DNA of 64,000 nucleotides from Eledone cirrhosa (lineage: Eukaryota). The stretch lies in the NCBI GenBank assembly GCA_964016885.1, contig OZ024748.1:41044001-41108000 (forward strand), in the 5' to 3' direction. Shown here one piece after another: positions 30,001-44,526 of the stretch (position 1 is its first letter; the number at the start of each line of letters is the position of its first letter). A model generated the notes under the pieces. It made no database searches. It was not told where the DNA came from and saw nothing but the letters and a program-made list of their open reading frames with translations. Both the position numbers and the translations under genes were made by a program.

Positions 30001-33000
30001 ATGTAGTTACTGTAATACAGATGTAGTTACTGTTATATTGATGTAATGACTAATACAGATGTAATCACTGTAATATAGATGTAGTTACTGTAATACAGAT
30101 GTAGTTACTGTTATATTGATGTAGTTACTGTAATATAGATGTAGTTACTGTTATACAGATGTAGTCAATGTAATATAGATGTAGTTACTTTTATTTTAAT
30201 GTAGTTACTGTAATACAGATGTAGTTACCGTTATACAGATGTAGTTACTGTAATATAGATGATGTTACTGTTATACAGATGTAATCACTGTTATACATAT
30301 CTAATCACAGTAACATAGATGTAGTTACTGTAATATAGATGTAGATACAGTTATATTAGTGTAGTTAATGTAATACAGATGTAAACACTGTAATATAAAT
30401 GTAGTTACTGTAATACAGATGTAGTTATTGTAATACACATGTATTTACTGTTATACAGATGTAATCATTGCAATATAGATGTAGTTACTGGTATATTTTT
30501 GTAGTTACTGTAATACAGATGTAGTTAGTTATATTGATGTAGTTACTGTAATACAGATGTAATCACTGTAATATAGATGTAGTTACTGTAATACAGATGT
30601 AATTAATGTAATACAGATGTAGTTACTGTAATACAGATGTAGTTACTACTATATTGATGCAGTCACTGTAATACAGATGCAGTTACTGTAATATAGATAT
30701 AGTACATGTTATATAGATGTAGTTACTGTAATATAGATGTAGTTATTGTAACACAGATGTAGTTACTGTTATATTGATGTAGTTACTGCAATACAAATGT
30801 AGTTACTGTAATACAAATGTAGTTACTGTAATACAGATGTAGTTACTGTTATACAGATGTAGTCACTGAAATATAGATGTAGTTACTGTTATATAGAGGT
30901 AATCACTGTAATACAGATGTAGTTAGTTATATTGATGCAGTTACTGTAATACAGATGTAATCACTGTAATATAAATGTAGTTACTGTAATAAATATGTAG
31001 TTAGTTATATTGATGTAAGTACTGTAATATAGATGTAGTTACTGTAATACAGATGTAGTTACTGTTATATTAATGGAGTTACTGCAATACAAATGTAGTT
31101 ACTGTAGAACAGATGTAGATACTGCTATATAGATGCAGTTACTGTAATACAGATGTGGTTACTGTTATATAGATGTAGCTACTGTAATATAGATGTAGTT
31201 ACTGTTAAATTGATGTAGTTACTCTTATACAGATGTAGTAACTGTAATACAGATGAAGTGAGTTATATTGATGTAGTTACTGTAATACAGATGTAGTTAC
31301 TGTATTACAGATGTATTTACTGTAATACAGATGTATTTACTGTTATATTGATGTAGATACTCTACTACAGATGTAGTTACTGTAATACAAATGCAGTTAC
31401 TGTTATATTGATGTAGTAACTGTAATACAGATATGGTTACTTTTATATAGATGTACTTACTGTAATATAGATGTAGTTACACTTATATTGATGTAGTTAC
31501 TGTAATATAGATGTAGTTACTGTAATACAGATGTAGTTACTGTTATACAGATATGGTTACAGTTATACTGATATGGTTACTGTAATATAGATGCAGTTAG
31601 TGTAATACAGATGTAGTTACTGTACTACAGATGTAGTTACTGTAATACCGATGTAGTTATTGTAATATAGATGTAGTTACTGTTATACAGATGTAATCAC
31701 TGTAATATAGATGTTGTTAATGTAATACAGATATGGTTACTGTTATATAGATGTAGTTACTGTTATACAGATGTAGTCACTGTAATATAGATGTAGTTAC
31801 TGTAATACAGAGGTAGTTACTGTAATACAGATATAGTTGCTGTTATATACATGTAGTTACTGAAATATATATGTAGTTACTGTTATACAGATATAGTTAC
31901 TGTTAAATTGATGTAGTTACTCTAATACAGAAGTAGTTAGTGGTATATTGATGAAGTAACTGTAATACAGATGTAGTTATTTATATTGATATAGTTACTG
32001 TAATATAGCTGTAATTACCGTAATACAGATTTAATTACTGTAATACAGATGTAGTTACTGTTATATAGATGTAGTTACTGTTATATTGATATAGTTACTG
32101 TAATACAGATATGGTTACTGTTATATAGATGTAGTTACTGTCATACAGATGTAGTTACTGTAATACAGATGTAGTTACTGTAATATAGATGTAGTTACTG
32201 TTATATAGATGTAGTTACTGTTATATAGATGTAGTTACTGTAATACAGATGTAGTTACTGTAATATAGATGTAGTTACTGTAATACAGATGTAGTTACTG
32301 TAATACACATGTACTCACTGTAATATAGATGTAGTTACTGTTATATTAATGTAGTTACTGTAATACAGATGTAGTTACTGTAATACAGATGTAGTTACTT
32401 TAATATAGATGTAGTTACTGTAATATATATGTAGTTACTGTTATATTGGATGTAGTTACTGTAATACAGATGTAGCTAGTTATATTGATGTAGTTAGTGT
32501 TATAATGATGTAGTTACTGTTATATAGATGTAGTTACTTTAATATAAATGTAGTTACTGCTATACTGATGTAATCACTGTAATATAGATGTAGTTACTGT
32601 TATATAGATGTAATCACTGTAAAATAGATGTAGTTACAGTAATACAGATGTAGTTACTGTTATATAGATGTAGTCACTGTAATATAGATGTAGTTAATGT
32701 AATACAGATATAGTTAGTTATATTGATATAGATACTTTAATACAGATGTAGTTATGGTAATATAGAAGTAGTTACTGTTATATTGATGTAGTTACTGTAA
32801 TACAGATATGGTTACTGTTATGTAAATGTAGTTACTGCAATATAGATGTACTTACTGTATTATAGATGTAGTTACTGTTATAAAGATGTAGATACTGTTA
32901 TACAGATGTAGTTACTGTAATACAGATATGGTTATTGTTATATAGATGCAGTTACTGTAATACAGATATAGTTACTGTTATACAGATGTAGTTACTGTTA

Positions 33001-36000
33001 TAAAGATGTAGTTACTGTTATATAGATGTAGTTACTGTAATATAGATGTAATCACTGTAATATAGATGTAGTTACTGTTATATAGATATAGTTACTGTAA
33101 TATAGATGTAGGTACATTTATACAGATGTAATCACTGTAATATAGATGTAGTTACTCTTATATTGATGTAGTTACTGTAATACAGATATAATCATTGTAA
33201 TATAGATGTAGTTACCGTAATACAGATGTAGTTACTGTTATACAGATGTAGTTACTGTTATATAGAGGTAGTTACTGTTATATAGATGTAGGTACTATAA
33301 TATAGATGTAGTTACTCTCATACAGATGTAGTGACTGTAATATAGATGTAGTTACTGTAATACAGATGTAGTTACTGTTATATAGAGGTAGTTACTGTTA
33401 TATAGATGTAGTTACTATAATATAGATGTAGTTACTTCTATACAGATGTAGTGACTGTAAAATAGATGTAGTTACAGTAATACAGATGTAGTTACTGTAA
33501 TATAGATGTAGATAGTGTAATACAGTTGTAGTTATTGTAATATAGAGGTAGTTCCTGTTATATAGATGTAGTTACTGCTATATAGATGTAGGTACTGTAA
33601 TACAGATATGGTTACTGTTATATAAATGTAGTTACTGTAATATAGATGTAGTTACTGTTATACAGATGTAGTCACTGTAATATAGATGTAGTTACTGTAA
33701 TATAGATGTACTTACTGTAATACAGATGTAGTTAGTGTTATACAGATGTAATCACTGTAATATAGATGTAGTTACTGTAATATAGATGTAGTTATACAGA
33801 TGTAATCACTGTAATATAGATGTGTTATATTGTAATATAGATCTGTTATATTGATGTAGTTACTGTAATACAGATACAATCACTATAATATAGCTGTAGT
33901 TACTGTTATATTGATGTAGTTACTGTAATACAGATGTAGACACTGTTATACAGATGTAGTTACTGCAATACAGATATGGTTACTGTTATATAGATGTAGT
34001 TACTGTAATATAGATGTAGTTACTGTAATATAGATGTAGTTACTGTTATACAGATGTAGTCACTGTAATATAGATGTAGTTACTGTATTACAGATGTAGT
34101 TACTGTAATACAGATGTAGTTACTGTTATATAGATGTTGTTAATGTAATATAGATATAGTTACTGTTATATGGATGTAGTTACTGTTATATTGATGTAGT
34201 TACTGTAATACAGATATGGTTACTGTTAAATAGATGTAGTTACTGTAATATAGATGTAGTTACTGTAATATAGATGTAGTGACTTTTATACAGATGTAGT
34301 CACTGAAATATAGATGTAGTTACTGTAATACAGAGGTAGTTACTGTAATATAGATGTAGTTACTGTAATATAGATGTAGTTACTTTTATACAGATGTAAT
34401 CACTGTAATATAGATGTAGTTACTGGTATATTGATGTAGTTACTGTAATACAGATGTAATTAATTATATTGATGTAGTTACTGTAATACAGATGTAATTA
34501 GTTATATTGATGTAGTTACTGTAATACAGATGTAATCACTGTAATATAGATGTAGTTACTGTAATACAGATGTATTTACTGTAATACAGATGTAGATACT
34601 GTTATACAGATGTAGTTACTGTAATACAGATAAGGTTACTGTTGTATAGATGTAGTTACTGTAATATAGATATAGTTACTGTTATACAGATGTAGTCATT
34701 GTAATATAGATGTAGTTACTGTAATACAGACGTAGTTACTGTAATATAGATGTAGTTACTGTTATATAGATGTAGTTACTATTATATTGATGTAGTTACT
34801 ATAATACAGATATGGTTACTGTTATATAGATGTAGTTACTGTATAATAGATGTAGTTACTGTATAATAGATGTAGTTACTGTTATATTGATGTAGTTACT
34901 GTAATACAGATGTAGTTACTGTTATATTGATATAGTTACTGTTATATTGATGTAGTTAATGTAATACAGATGTAGTTACTGTTATATTGATATAGTTACT
35001 GTTATACTGATGTAATCACTGTAATATAGATGTAGTTACTGTTATAAAAATGTAGTCACTGAAATATGGATGTAGTTACTGTAATACAGATGTACTTACT
35101 GTAATACAGATGTAATCACTGTAATATAGATGTAGTTACTGTAATAGATATAGTTACTGTAATACAGATGTAGTTAGTTATATTGATGTAGTTACTGTAA
35201 TACAGATGTAATCACTATAATATAGATGTATTGACTGTAATACAGATGTTGTTACTGTAATACAGATGTAGACACTGTTATACAGATGTAGTTACTGCAA
35301 TACAGATATGGTTACTGTTATATAGATGTAGTTACTGTAATATAGATGTAGTTACTGTTGTACAGATGTAATCACTGTAATATAGATGTAGTTACTGTAA
35401 TACAGATGTAGTTACTGTTATACAAATGTAGTTACTGTTATATAGACGTTGTTCCTGTAATACAGATGCAGTTACTGTAATATAGATGTAGTTACTGTTA
35501 TATAGATGTAGTGACTGTAATACAGATGTAGTCACTGAAATATAGATGTAGTTACTGTAATACAGATATAGTTACTTTAATATAGATGTAGTTGCTGTTA
35601 TATTGATGTAGTTACTGGAATATAGATGTAACCACTGTATTATAGATGTAGTTACTGTTATATAAATGTAGTTCCTGTACTACAGATGTAGATACTGTTA
35701 TACAGATGTAGTTACTGTAATACAGATATGGTTACTGTTATATAGATGTAGTTAGTTATATTGATGTAGTTACTGTAATACAGATATGGTTACTGTTATA
35801 TAGATGTAGTTACTGTAATATAGATGTAGTTACTCTAATACAGATGTAGTTACAGTTATATTGATGTAGTTACTGTAATACAGATGTAATCACTGTAATA
35901 TAGATGTAGTTACTGTAATACAGATGTAGTTACTCTTATATAGATGTAGTCACTGTAATACAGATGTAGTTACTGTAATACAGATGTAGTTACTGTTATA

Positions 36001-39000
36001 CAGATGTAATCACTGTTATACAGATGTAGTACACTAATATAGATGTAGTTAGTTATACAGATGTAGTTACTGTAATACAGATGTAGTTCCTGTAATACAG
36101 ATGTAGTTACTGTTATATAGATGTAGTTACTGTTATATAGATGTAGTTACTGTTATATTGATGTAGTTACTGTTATATTGATGTAGTTACTGTTATATAG
36201 ATGTAGTTACGGTTATATAGATATAGTTACTGTTATATTGATGTAGTTACTGTAATACAGATGTAATCATTGTAATATAGATGTAGTTACCGTTATACAG
36301 ATGTAGTTACTGTAATACTGATGTAGTTACTGTTATATAGATGTAGTTACTCTTATACAGATGTAGTGACTGCAATATAGATGTAGTTACTATAATACAG
36401 ATGTAGTTACTGTTATACAGATGTAATCACTGTAATATAGATGTAGTTACTGTAATATAGATGTACTTACTGTAATACAGATGTAGTTAGTGTTATACAG
36501 ATGTAATCACTGTAATATAGATGTAGTTACTGTAATATAGATGTAGGTATTGTTATACAGATGTAATCACTGTAATATAGATGTGTTATATTGCTGTTGT
36601 TACTGTAATACAGATGTAGTTAGTTATATTGATGTAGTTACTGTAATACAGATGTAATCACTATAATATAGATGTAGTTACTGTTATATTGATGTAGTTA
36701 CTGTAATACAGATGTAGTTACTGCAATACAGATATGGTTACTGTTATATAGATGTAGTTACCGTATTACAGATGTAGTTACTGTATTACAGATATAGTTA
36801 CTGTAATATAGATGTAGTTACTGTTATATTGATGTAGTTACTGTATTACAGATATGGTTACTGTTAAATAGATGTAGTTACTGTAATATAGATGTAGTGA
36901 CTGTTATATAGATGTAGTGACTTTTATACAGATGTAGTCACTGAAATACAGATGTAGTTACTGTAATACAGATGTAGTTACTGTAATACAGAGGTAGTTA
37001 CTGTAATATAGATGTAGTTACTGTAATATAGATGTAGTTACTTTTATACAGATGTAATCACTGTAATATAGATGTAGTTACTGGTATATTGATGTAGTTA
37101 CTGTAATACAGATGTAATTAGTTATATTGATGTAGTTACTGTAATACAGATGTAATCACTGTAATATAGATGTAGTTACTGTAATACAGATGTATTTACT
37201 GTAATACAGATGTATTTACTGTAATACAGATGTAGATACTGTTATACAGATGTAGTTACTGTAATACAGATATGGTTACTGTTATATAGATGTAGTTACT
37301 GTAATATAGATGTAGTTACAGTATAATAGATGTAGTTAATGTTATATTGATGTAGTTACTGTAATACAGATGTAGTTACTGTTATACTGATGTAATCACT
37401 GTAATATAAATGTAGTTACTGTTATAAAAATGTAGTCACTGAAATATGGATGTAGTTACTGTAATACAGATGTAGTTACTGTTATACAGATGTAATCACT
37501 GTAATATAGATGTAGTTACTGTAATAGATGTAGTTACTGTAATACAGATGTAGTTAGTTATATTGATGTAGTTACTGTAATACAGATGTAATCACTATAA
37601 TATAGATGTAATGACTGTAATACAGATGTAGTTACTGTTATATTGATGTTACTGTAATACAGATGTAGACACTGTTATACAGATGTAGTTACTGCAATAC
37701 AGATATGGTTACTGTTATATAGATGTAGTTACTGTAATATAGATGTAGTTACTTTTATACAGATGTAATCACTGTAATATTGATGTAGTTACTGGAATAC
37801 AGATGTAACCACTGTATTATAGATGTAGTTACTGTTATATAAATGTAGTTACTGTAATACAGATGTAGTTAATGTTATATTGATGTAGTTACTGTACTAC
37901 AGATGTAGATACTGTTATACAGATGTAGTTACTGTAATACAGATATGGTTACTGTTATATTGATGTAGTTACTGTAATACAGACGTAATCACTGTAATAT
38001 TGATGTAGTTACTGTTATACAGATGTAGTTACTCTTATATAGATGTAGTTACTGTAATACAGATGTAGTTACTGTTATACAGATGTAGTACACTGTAATA
38101 TAGATGTAGTTAGTTATACAGATGTAGTCACTCTAATATAGATGTAGTTACTTTTATACAGATGTAATCACTGTAATATTGATGTAGTTACTGGAATACA
38201 GATGTAACCACTGTATTATAGATGTAGTTACTGTTATATAAATGTAGTTACTGTAATACAGATGTAGTTAATGTTATATTGATGTAGTTACTGTACTACA
38301 GATGTAGATACTGTTATACAGATGTAGTTACTGTAATACAGATATGGTTACTGTTATATTGATGTAGTTACTGTAATACAGACGTAATCACTGTAATATT
38401 GATGTAGTTACTGTTATACAGATGTAATCACTGTAATATAGATGTAGTTACTGTCATACAGATGTAGTTACTGTAATATAGATGTAGTTAGTATTATACA
38501 GATGTAATCACTGTAATATTGATGTAGTTACTGTAATACAGATGTATTTACTGTAATACAGATGTAGATACTGTTATACAGATGTAGTTACTGTAATACA
38601 GATATGGTTACTGTTATATAGATGTAGTTACTGTAATATAGATGTAGTTACTCTAATACAGATGTAGTTACTCTAATACAGATGTAGTTACAGTTATATT
38701 GATGTAGTTACTGTTATATTGATGTAGTTACTGTAATACAGATGTAATCACTGTAATATAGATGTAGTTACTCTTATATAGATGTAGTTACTGTAATACA
38801 GATGTAGTTACTGTTATACAGATGTAGTACACTGTAATATAGATGTAGTTAGTTATACAGATGTAGTCACTCTAATATAGATGTAGTTACTGTTATATAG
38901 ATGTAGTTACTGTTATATTGATGTAGTTACTGTTATATTGATGTAGTTACTGTTATATTGATGTAGTTACTGTAATACAGATGTAATCATTGTAATATAG

Positions 39001-40430
39001 ATGTAGTTACCGTTATACAGATGTAGTTACTGTAATACTGACGTAGTTACTGTTATATAGATGTAGTTACTGTTATATACATGTAGTTACTCTTATACAG
39101 ATGTAGTGACTGCAATATAGATGTAGTTACTATAATACAGATGTAGTTACTGTAATATAGATGTAGTTACTGTTATACAGATGTAATCACTGTAATATAG
39201 ATTTAGTTACTGTTATATAGATGTAATCACTGTAATATAGATGTAGTTACTGTAATACAAATGTAATCACTGTAATATAGATGTAGTTACTGTAATACAG
39301 ATGTAGATACTGTTATACAGATGTAGTACACTGTAATATAGATGTAGTTAGTTATACAGATGTAGTCACTAATATAGATGTAGTTCCTGTAATACAGATG
39401 TAGTTACTGTTATATAGATGTAGTTACTGTTATATTGATGTAGTTACTGTTATATTGATGTAGTTACTGTAATATAGATGTAGTTACTGTTATATTGATG
39501 TAGTTACTGTTATAATGATGTAGTTACTGTAATACAGATGTAATCATTGTAATATAGATGTAGTTACCGTAATACAGATGTAGTTACTGTTATACAGATG
39601 TAGTCACTCTAATACAGATGTAGTTACTGTTATACAGATGTAGTTACTGTTATACAGATGTAGTTACTGTTATATAGATGTAGTTACTATAATATAGATG
39701 TAGTTACTCTTATACAGATGTAGTGACTGTAATATAGATGTAGTTACTGTTATATAGATGTAATCACTGTAATATAGATGTAGTTACTGTAATACAGATG
39801 TAGTTACTGCTATATAGATGTAGTTACTGTAATATAGATGTAGTTACTGTTATATGGACATAGTTAGTTATACAGATGTAATCACTGTAATATAGATCTA
39901 GTTACTGTTATATTGATGTAGTTACTGTAATACAGATGTAGATACTGTAATACAGATGTAGCTACTGTAATACAGATATGGTTACTGTAATATAGATGTA
40001 GTTACTGTAATACAGATGTAGTTACTGTTATATAGATGTAGTTACTGTAATACAGATGTAGTTACTGTAATATAGATGTAGTTACTGTTACATTAATGTA
40101 GTTACTGTAATACAGATGTAGTTACTGTAATATAGATGTAGTTACTGTTATACAGATGTAGTTACTGTTATATTGATGTAGTTACTGTAATACAGATGTA
40201 GTCACTGTAATATAGATGTAGTTACTGTAATAGAGATGTAGTTACTGTAATATCGATGTAGTTACTGTAATGCAGATGTAGTTACTGTTATATTAATGTA
40301 ATTACTGTAATACAGATGTAGTTACTGTAATACAGATGTAGTTACTGTAATATAGATGTAGTTACTGTAATACAGATGTAGTTACTGTAATATAGATGCA
40401 GTAACTGTTATACAGATATTGATGTAGCTG
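1..40430. repeat. 20-bp tandem satellite, consensus TAGTTACTGT(A/T)ATA(T/C)AGATG, roughly 2,000 units; runs off the left edge
   Basis: The period is visible on every line. Recurrent variants include TAATCACTGT, TATTGATG and GATATGG, with occasional 1-2 bp deletions. The ORF track has no ORFs here. The array ends abruptly near 40430 into A-rich unique sequence. Confidence 0.98.
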
Positions 40431-41109
40431 TTGTAAAATACAAATGTAGAAAACTAGAAAGCGAAAAGGTAGAATAAAAATAATTCAAAGAAGCGAAACA
40501 GAAAGTATAATTTTAAAAAAACATTGAAGAAAAAGACAATGCAAAAGAAAGCAAAAAATATATATATATTCTTTAATATTTTATTGACTTCAGTTTTTTT
40601 TTTAAATTGAATATTCTTTTTAAAGAATTTCTTTTAGTAGCAATCTGTTAAATTAAGAAGCCCCAGCCTTCTTACATGAAAGTCAGGTGAGGTTTCAGTA
40701 TTTCCAAGCAAGCAAAGGTAGACAATATAAAAGACAAGTATAAAGAAGGTGAGAATAGGAGAGAGCAAAAGGTAAAAAAAAATCTTTGATTTAAATTAGG
40801 GTAGAAAATAGAAGGGAGGATGGGTTAAAAAAATTAACAATTGCATAAAAATAATTTAAATAAACTAAACACACTCATTGCTCTAGTATTTGTTCATAGC
40901 AGTCTAAAGGGTCTCTGTAAATTGATATCTGTACAATATTGTATGGGACTGAGGCTGTAAGAAATGTGTAGATCAACACACTAATGGAAATGGCTTTTAT
41001 ATATTTTTCTGTTGATTGAAATACAAAGAAATGTGTCAATAAGACATGCCTACATATATAAAGGTGTATGTTCTTATACATGCATTTCTACATACATAAA
41101 TATATGTTT

Positions 41110-41386
41110 ATTAACATGTATACATATATAAATATATAACCATGTGTGATTATATACACACATCTAAATATATAACCATGTGTGTGTATATGTATACATG
41201 TCTAAATATATAACCATGTGTGTTTATAAACACACATCTAAATATATAACCATGTGTGTGTTTATATACACATGTTTATATATATAACCATGTGTGTTTA
41301 TATACACATGTCTAAATATATAACCATGTGTGTGTTTATATACACATCTAAATATATAACCATGTGTGTGTTTATATACACATCTA
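41110..41386. repeat. ~32-36-bp minisatellite (ACACATCTAAATATATAACCATGTGTGTGTTTATAT), ~8 units
   Basis: The core ATATATAACCATGTGTG recurs with variable TG/TA lengths. Confidence 0.85.
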
Positions 41387-41476
41387 GCAGCTTTGGTTAA
41401 AACCCTGCACCATCTCTATACAGATATGTATTTATCATATACTTTAGCTGTTTAGTGCAAAATTTAATATACAAAA

Positions 41477-41850
41477 TAGTTACTATATAGAACTTTTAAC
41501 AGTTAATAATTTAAACTGTTATATAGTTACTATACAGAACTGATTTTACAGTTAATTTAAACTTATATAGTTACTATATAGAACCGTTTTTACTGTTAAT
41601 AATTTAAATTGTGATATACAGTGACTATATAGAACTGTTTTACTGTTAATAGTTTAAACTGTTATATAGTTACTATACAAAACTGTTTTTACTGTTAATG
41701 GTTTAAACTGTTATATAGTTACTATACAAAACTGTTTTTACTGTTAATGGTTTAAACTGTTATATAGTTACTATACAAAACTGTTTTTACTGTTAATGGT
41801 TTAAACTTTTATATAGTTACTATACATAACTGTTTTATATGTACGGACTG
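41477..41850. repeat. 49-bp minisatellite (TATATAGTTACTATACAAAACTGTTTTTACTGTTAATGGTTTAAACTGT), ~7-8 units
   Basis: Units start at 41663, 41712 and 41761, giving a period of 49. Confidence 0.9.
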
Positions 41851-42195
41851 TTTTATTACTAAATCCAATCCTAGATGACAGGTGTCAAAACTTACCTTTA
41901 TTGTTTAGAAAGAGTCAAACATAAATTTGGCAAGAATAGTTTTAATGTTTTATTTTATTTTATTTTATTTCTCAAAACAAAAACAAAAAAAAAGGGGACG
42001 AGGGCATTATTTCATTTTAGTTTTATCAATTTCTTTCAGGGAACACACACTCACTGCAAACAGAACACACACACACTCTGCACACAGAACACATAACACA
42101 CACACAGTATACACACAACAATACACTACACTACACACACTGCAGTACCCACATATCTCTTCCTTCTCCTCCCAACCAAACTGTCCTATCATTTA

Positions 42196-42331
42196 ATAGT
42201 AGTAGTAGTAATAGTAGTAACAGTAGTAGTAGAAGTAGTAGTAGCAGCAGTAATAGCAGTAGTAGTAGAAGTAGTAGTAGTAGTAGTAATAGTAGTAGTA
42301 GCAGTAGTAGCAGTAGTAGTAGTAGTAGCAG
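42196..42331. repeat. (AGT)n trinucleotide microsatellite, probably in the 3' UTR of the PP2C-like gene
   Basis: Imperfect AGT/AGC run about 50 bp past the stop codon. It explains the spurious poly-Leu and poly-Thr ORFs. Confidence 0.9.
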
Positions 42332-42381
42332 CAACATCAGCAGAAGAAATTAATGAAAAAATTGAAAAGGTTTTGTTTAAA

Positions 42382-43539
42382 TCATACAGCTGATTCATAA
42401 GAAAAAGTTTGATAGTAGTAAGGCTGGTTGTTGGGGTAGGGCAGATGTGGAGATACTGGGGTATTGTTTTCAGACTCCACTGGAGAGTGGAACTGTTTTG
42501 AAGAGTTTTTCTTATGAAGAAAAGGCAATGAGAATGTGAGTGGAGAGATAGGAGATGTGGGGGTGGTAGCGGAGTTACGCAGTTTCGAGAAGAATCTTTT
42601 AGGGTTAGACTTTTTAAAAACTGGAATAGAAATGGAGTTTGGATGAAAGAGATCTTTCTCATGATTGGAAGATGATGAAGATTCGGAACAGTCAATGTTT
42701 GGACTACTGACCTTGACGGAATTGTTCTCCTTAATGTGTTCAATCTCCTCTTCCTCTTCTTCGTCTTCACCACAAATGCCCACTTCGTAGGCAACAATTG
42801 AAGCATGGTCAAGTTTGCCAGGAGCTTTAGACATCTGTTCAACAATCTGTGAATCTCGACGTTTGCGTTCCTTTGATGTCATTTTTTTCTTTCTATATAA
42901 CTCTGGATTTTCAAGAATCTTTCTTTTGGAATCGGTCAAAGTCAATACATGCTGTACAAGAGCCCCACACAGTTCCTGGGCAGAGCATGTTTCTTCAGTT
43001 AATAGTTCATGTTCGTGAATGATACGTTCCATCTCTTTTAGTGCATAGATATGTCGTTCTTTTGGTTCCATCATAGGTTTATCTTCGTAGGTATCAGGGG
43101 TTGTTGGTAAAGCATCGTTAGAGTTACTGTCGATATTTTTACGTGGAATCGCAACTTTGGTGACGACAGGGTCAAAGTTGTCTGATATTCCGTCAGTTGT
43201 TAGGAAAACTACATCACCTTTGTTCACAAAAGTTAACGAGCAGGTGAGATTTTGTAGCTCAGGGTTTTCTCCATCAACGGGACCGATTGCTCCACCTGCA
43301 TCACGGATATCACGTTCAGATGCTACATCATGTGAACCAACTGTTATTTCTCTAATTCCATTGTTTTTGCTGAAAACGTAGGCAAAACTGTCTCCAACAT
43401 TAACACAACATACAGCAAAATCAGCAGAATTGTAGACTGGACAAATGAGGCAGACACAGAGTGTTGTTAAACCTCCTTCTTTCTTTAAGATGGTTCTGTG
43501 AGCAGCATCCATTGATGTACGTAATATTTCTAATGCTTC
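42382..43539 (-). CDS. Terminal coding exon of a PP2C-like domain-containing protein (CG9801-like)
   Basis: Acceptor tcttttcAG at 43540-43541 leads in frame (phase 0) to EALEILRTSMDAAH. Motifs GGLTTLC, NVGDSFAYV, DAGGAIGPVDG.NPELQNLT, GDVVFLTTDGISDNFDP and GKLDHASIVAYEV follow, then a Ser/Pro-rich tail and a stop at 42382. Confidence 0.9.
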   Translation of the reverse strand, partial: EALEILRTSMDAAHRTILKKEGGLTTLCVCLICPVYNSADFAVCCVNVGDSFAYVFSKNNGIREITVGSHDVASERDIRDAGGAIGPVDGENPELQNLTCSLTFVNKGDVVFLTTDGISDNFDPVVTKVAIPRKNIDSNSNDALPTTPDTYEDKPMMEPKERHIYALKEMERIIHEHELLTEETCSAQELCGALVQHVLTLTDSKRKILENPELYRKKKMTSKERKRRDSQIVEQMSKAPGKLDHASIVAYEVGICGEDEEEEEEIEHIKENNSVKVSSPNIDCSESSSSSNHEKDLFHPNSISIPVFKKSNPKRFFSKLRNSATTPTSPISPLTFSLPFLHKKNSSKQFHSPVESENNTPVSPHLPYPNNQPYYYQTFSYESAV

Positions 43540-43795
43540 CTGAAAAGATACAACAGAATGTCAGCCATTTTCTGTTAAAAAAAAAGATATATTTCTTTTT
43601 AAAATAGCACATTTAAAAATGTCTAAATACAGTGTACCCTGTATAAAGTGTGGACACACAAGAGGTGTGGTGAGAGGTACACTGATAGAGTAGAGCTTGT
43701 ATATAGTAGGAGAAATGAACAGTAAGAATACTGCAGAGATAAATTATCTCAAATGTTCAGATGGTTCACTGGAAATAATAGAAAGCCTCTACTAT

Positions 43796-44247
43796 CAGCA
43801 GTTGCCAACCTTTCCGACTTCACGGACCACTTAATTCATAATTTTAAATCCTGCGGACGACTAATATGAATTTTTTAAAAAGATAAATACATTAAGGTGC
43901 GTGGCTTTATGGTAAAAGTGTTTGGCTCACAACCGTAAGGTGGTGAGTTCGATTCCTGGCGGCACATTGTGTCCTTGAATAAGACACTTTATTTTCATGT
44001 TGCTCCAGTCCACTCAGCTAGCAAACATGAGTTGTTCCTGTAATTCAGAGGGCCAGCCTTGTCATATTCTGAATCTCCCTGAGAACTATGTTAAGGGTAT
44101 GTGTATCTGTGGAATGCTCAGCCACTTGCACGTTAATTTCACGAGCAGGTTGTTTCATTGATCGGATCAACTGGAACACTCGTCATCGTAACTGAGTGCC
44201 ATCAATACATTAACATTTTTCTGTGGACCACCGGTCGATGACCACTG
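43796..44247. mobile_element. Non-autonomous hAT (Charlie-like) DNA transposon/MITE
   Basis: Left end CAGCAGTTGCCAACCTTT...CGGACCAC and right end GGACCACCGGTCGATGACCACTG resemble imperfect CAG...CTG hAT termini. The right end is followed by a TCTAG-type target motif. No clean 8-bp TSD. Confidence 0.55.
43896..44203 (+). mobile_element. tRNA-derived SINE with a 10-bp target-site duplication
   Basis: A-box-like GTGGCTTTATGG and B-box GAGTTCGATTCC. Flanked by AATACATTAA at 43886-43895 and 44204-44213. Confidence 0.85.
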
Positions 44248-44526
44248 GTCTAGCTCGGACCACCGGTCAGTGACCCCTGATCTAGCTCGGACCACTAATC
44301 TAGTTCGGACCACCAGTTGGTGACCACTGATCTAACTCAGACCACCAGTTGGTGACCACTAATCTAGCTCGGACCACCAGTTGGTGACCACTGATCTAGC
44401 TCGGACCACCAGTTGGTGACCACTGATCTAACTCAGACCACCAGTTGGTGACCACTAATCTAGCTCGGACCACCAGTTGGTGACCACTGATCTAGCTCGG
44501 ACCACCGGTCAGTAACCACTGACCTA
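44224..44526. repeat. 32-bp minisatellite (CTAGCTCGGACCACCAGTTGGTGACCACTGAT) derived from the hAT element terminus
   Basis: Units at 44364, 44396 and onward give a period of 32. Each contains the dyad CACCA-GT-TGGTG and the terminal GACCACTG. Confidence 0.85.

Noticed and set aside
42131-42845. Poly-Leu and poly-Thr ORFs
   Set aside because: They are translations of the AGT microsatellite or an alternative frame of the real exon.
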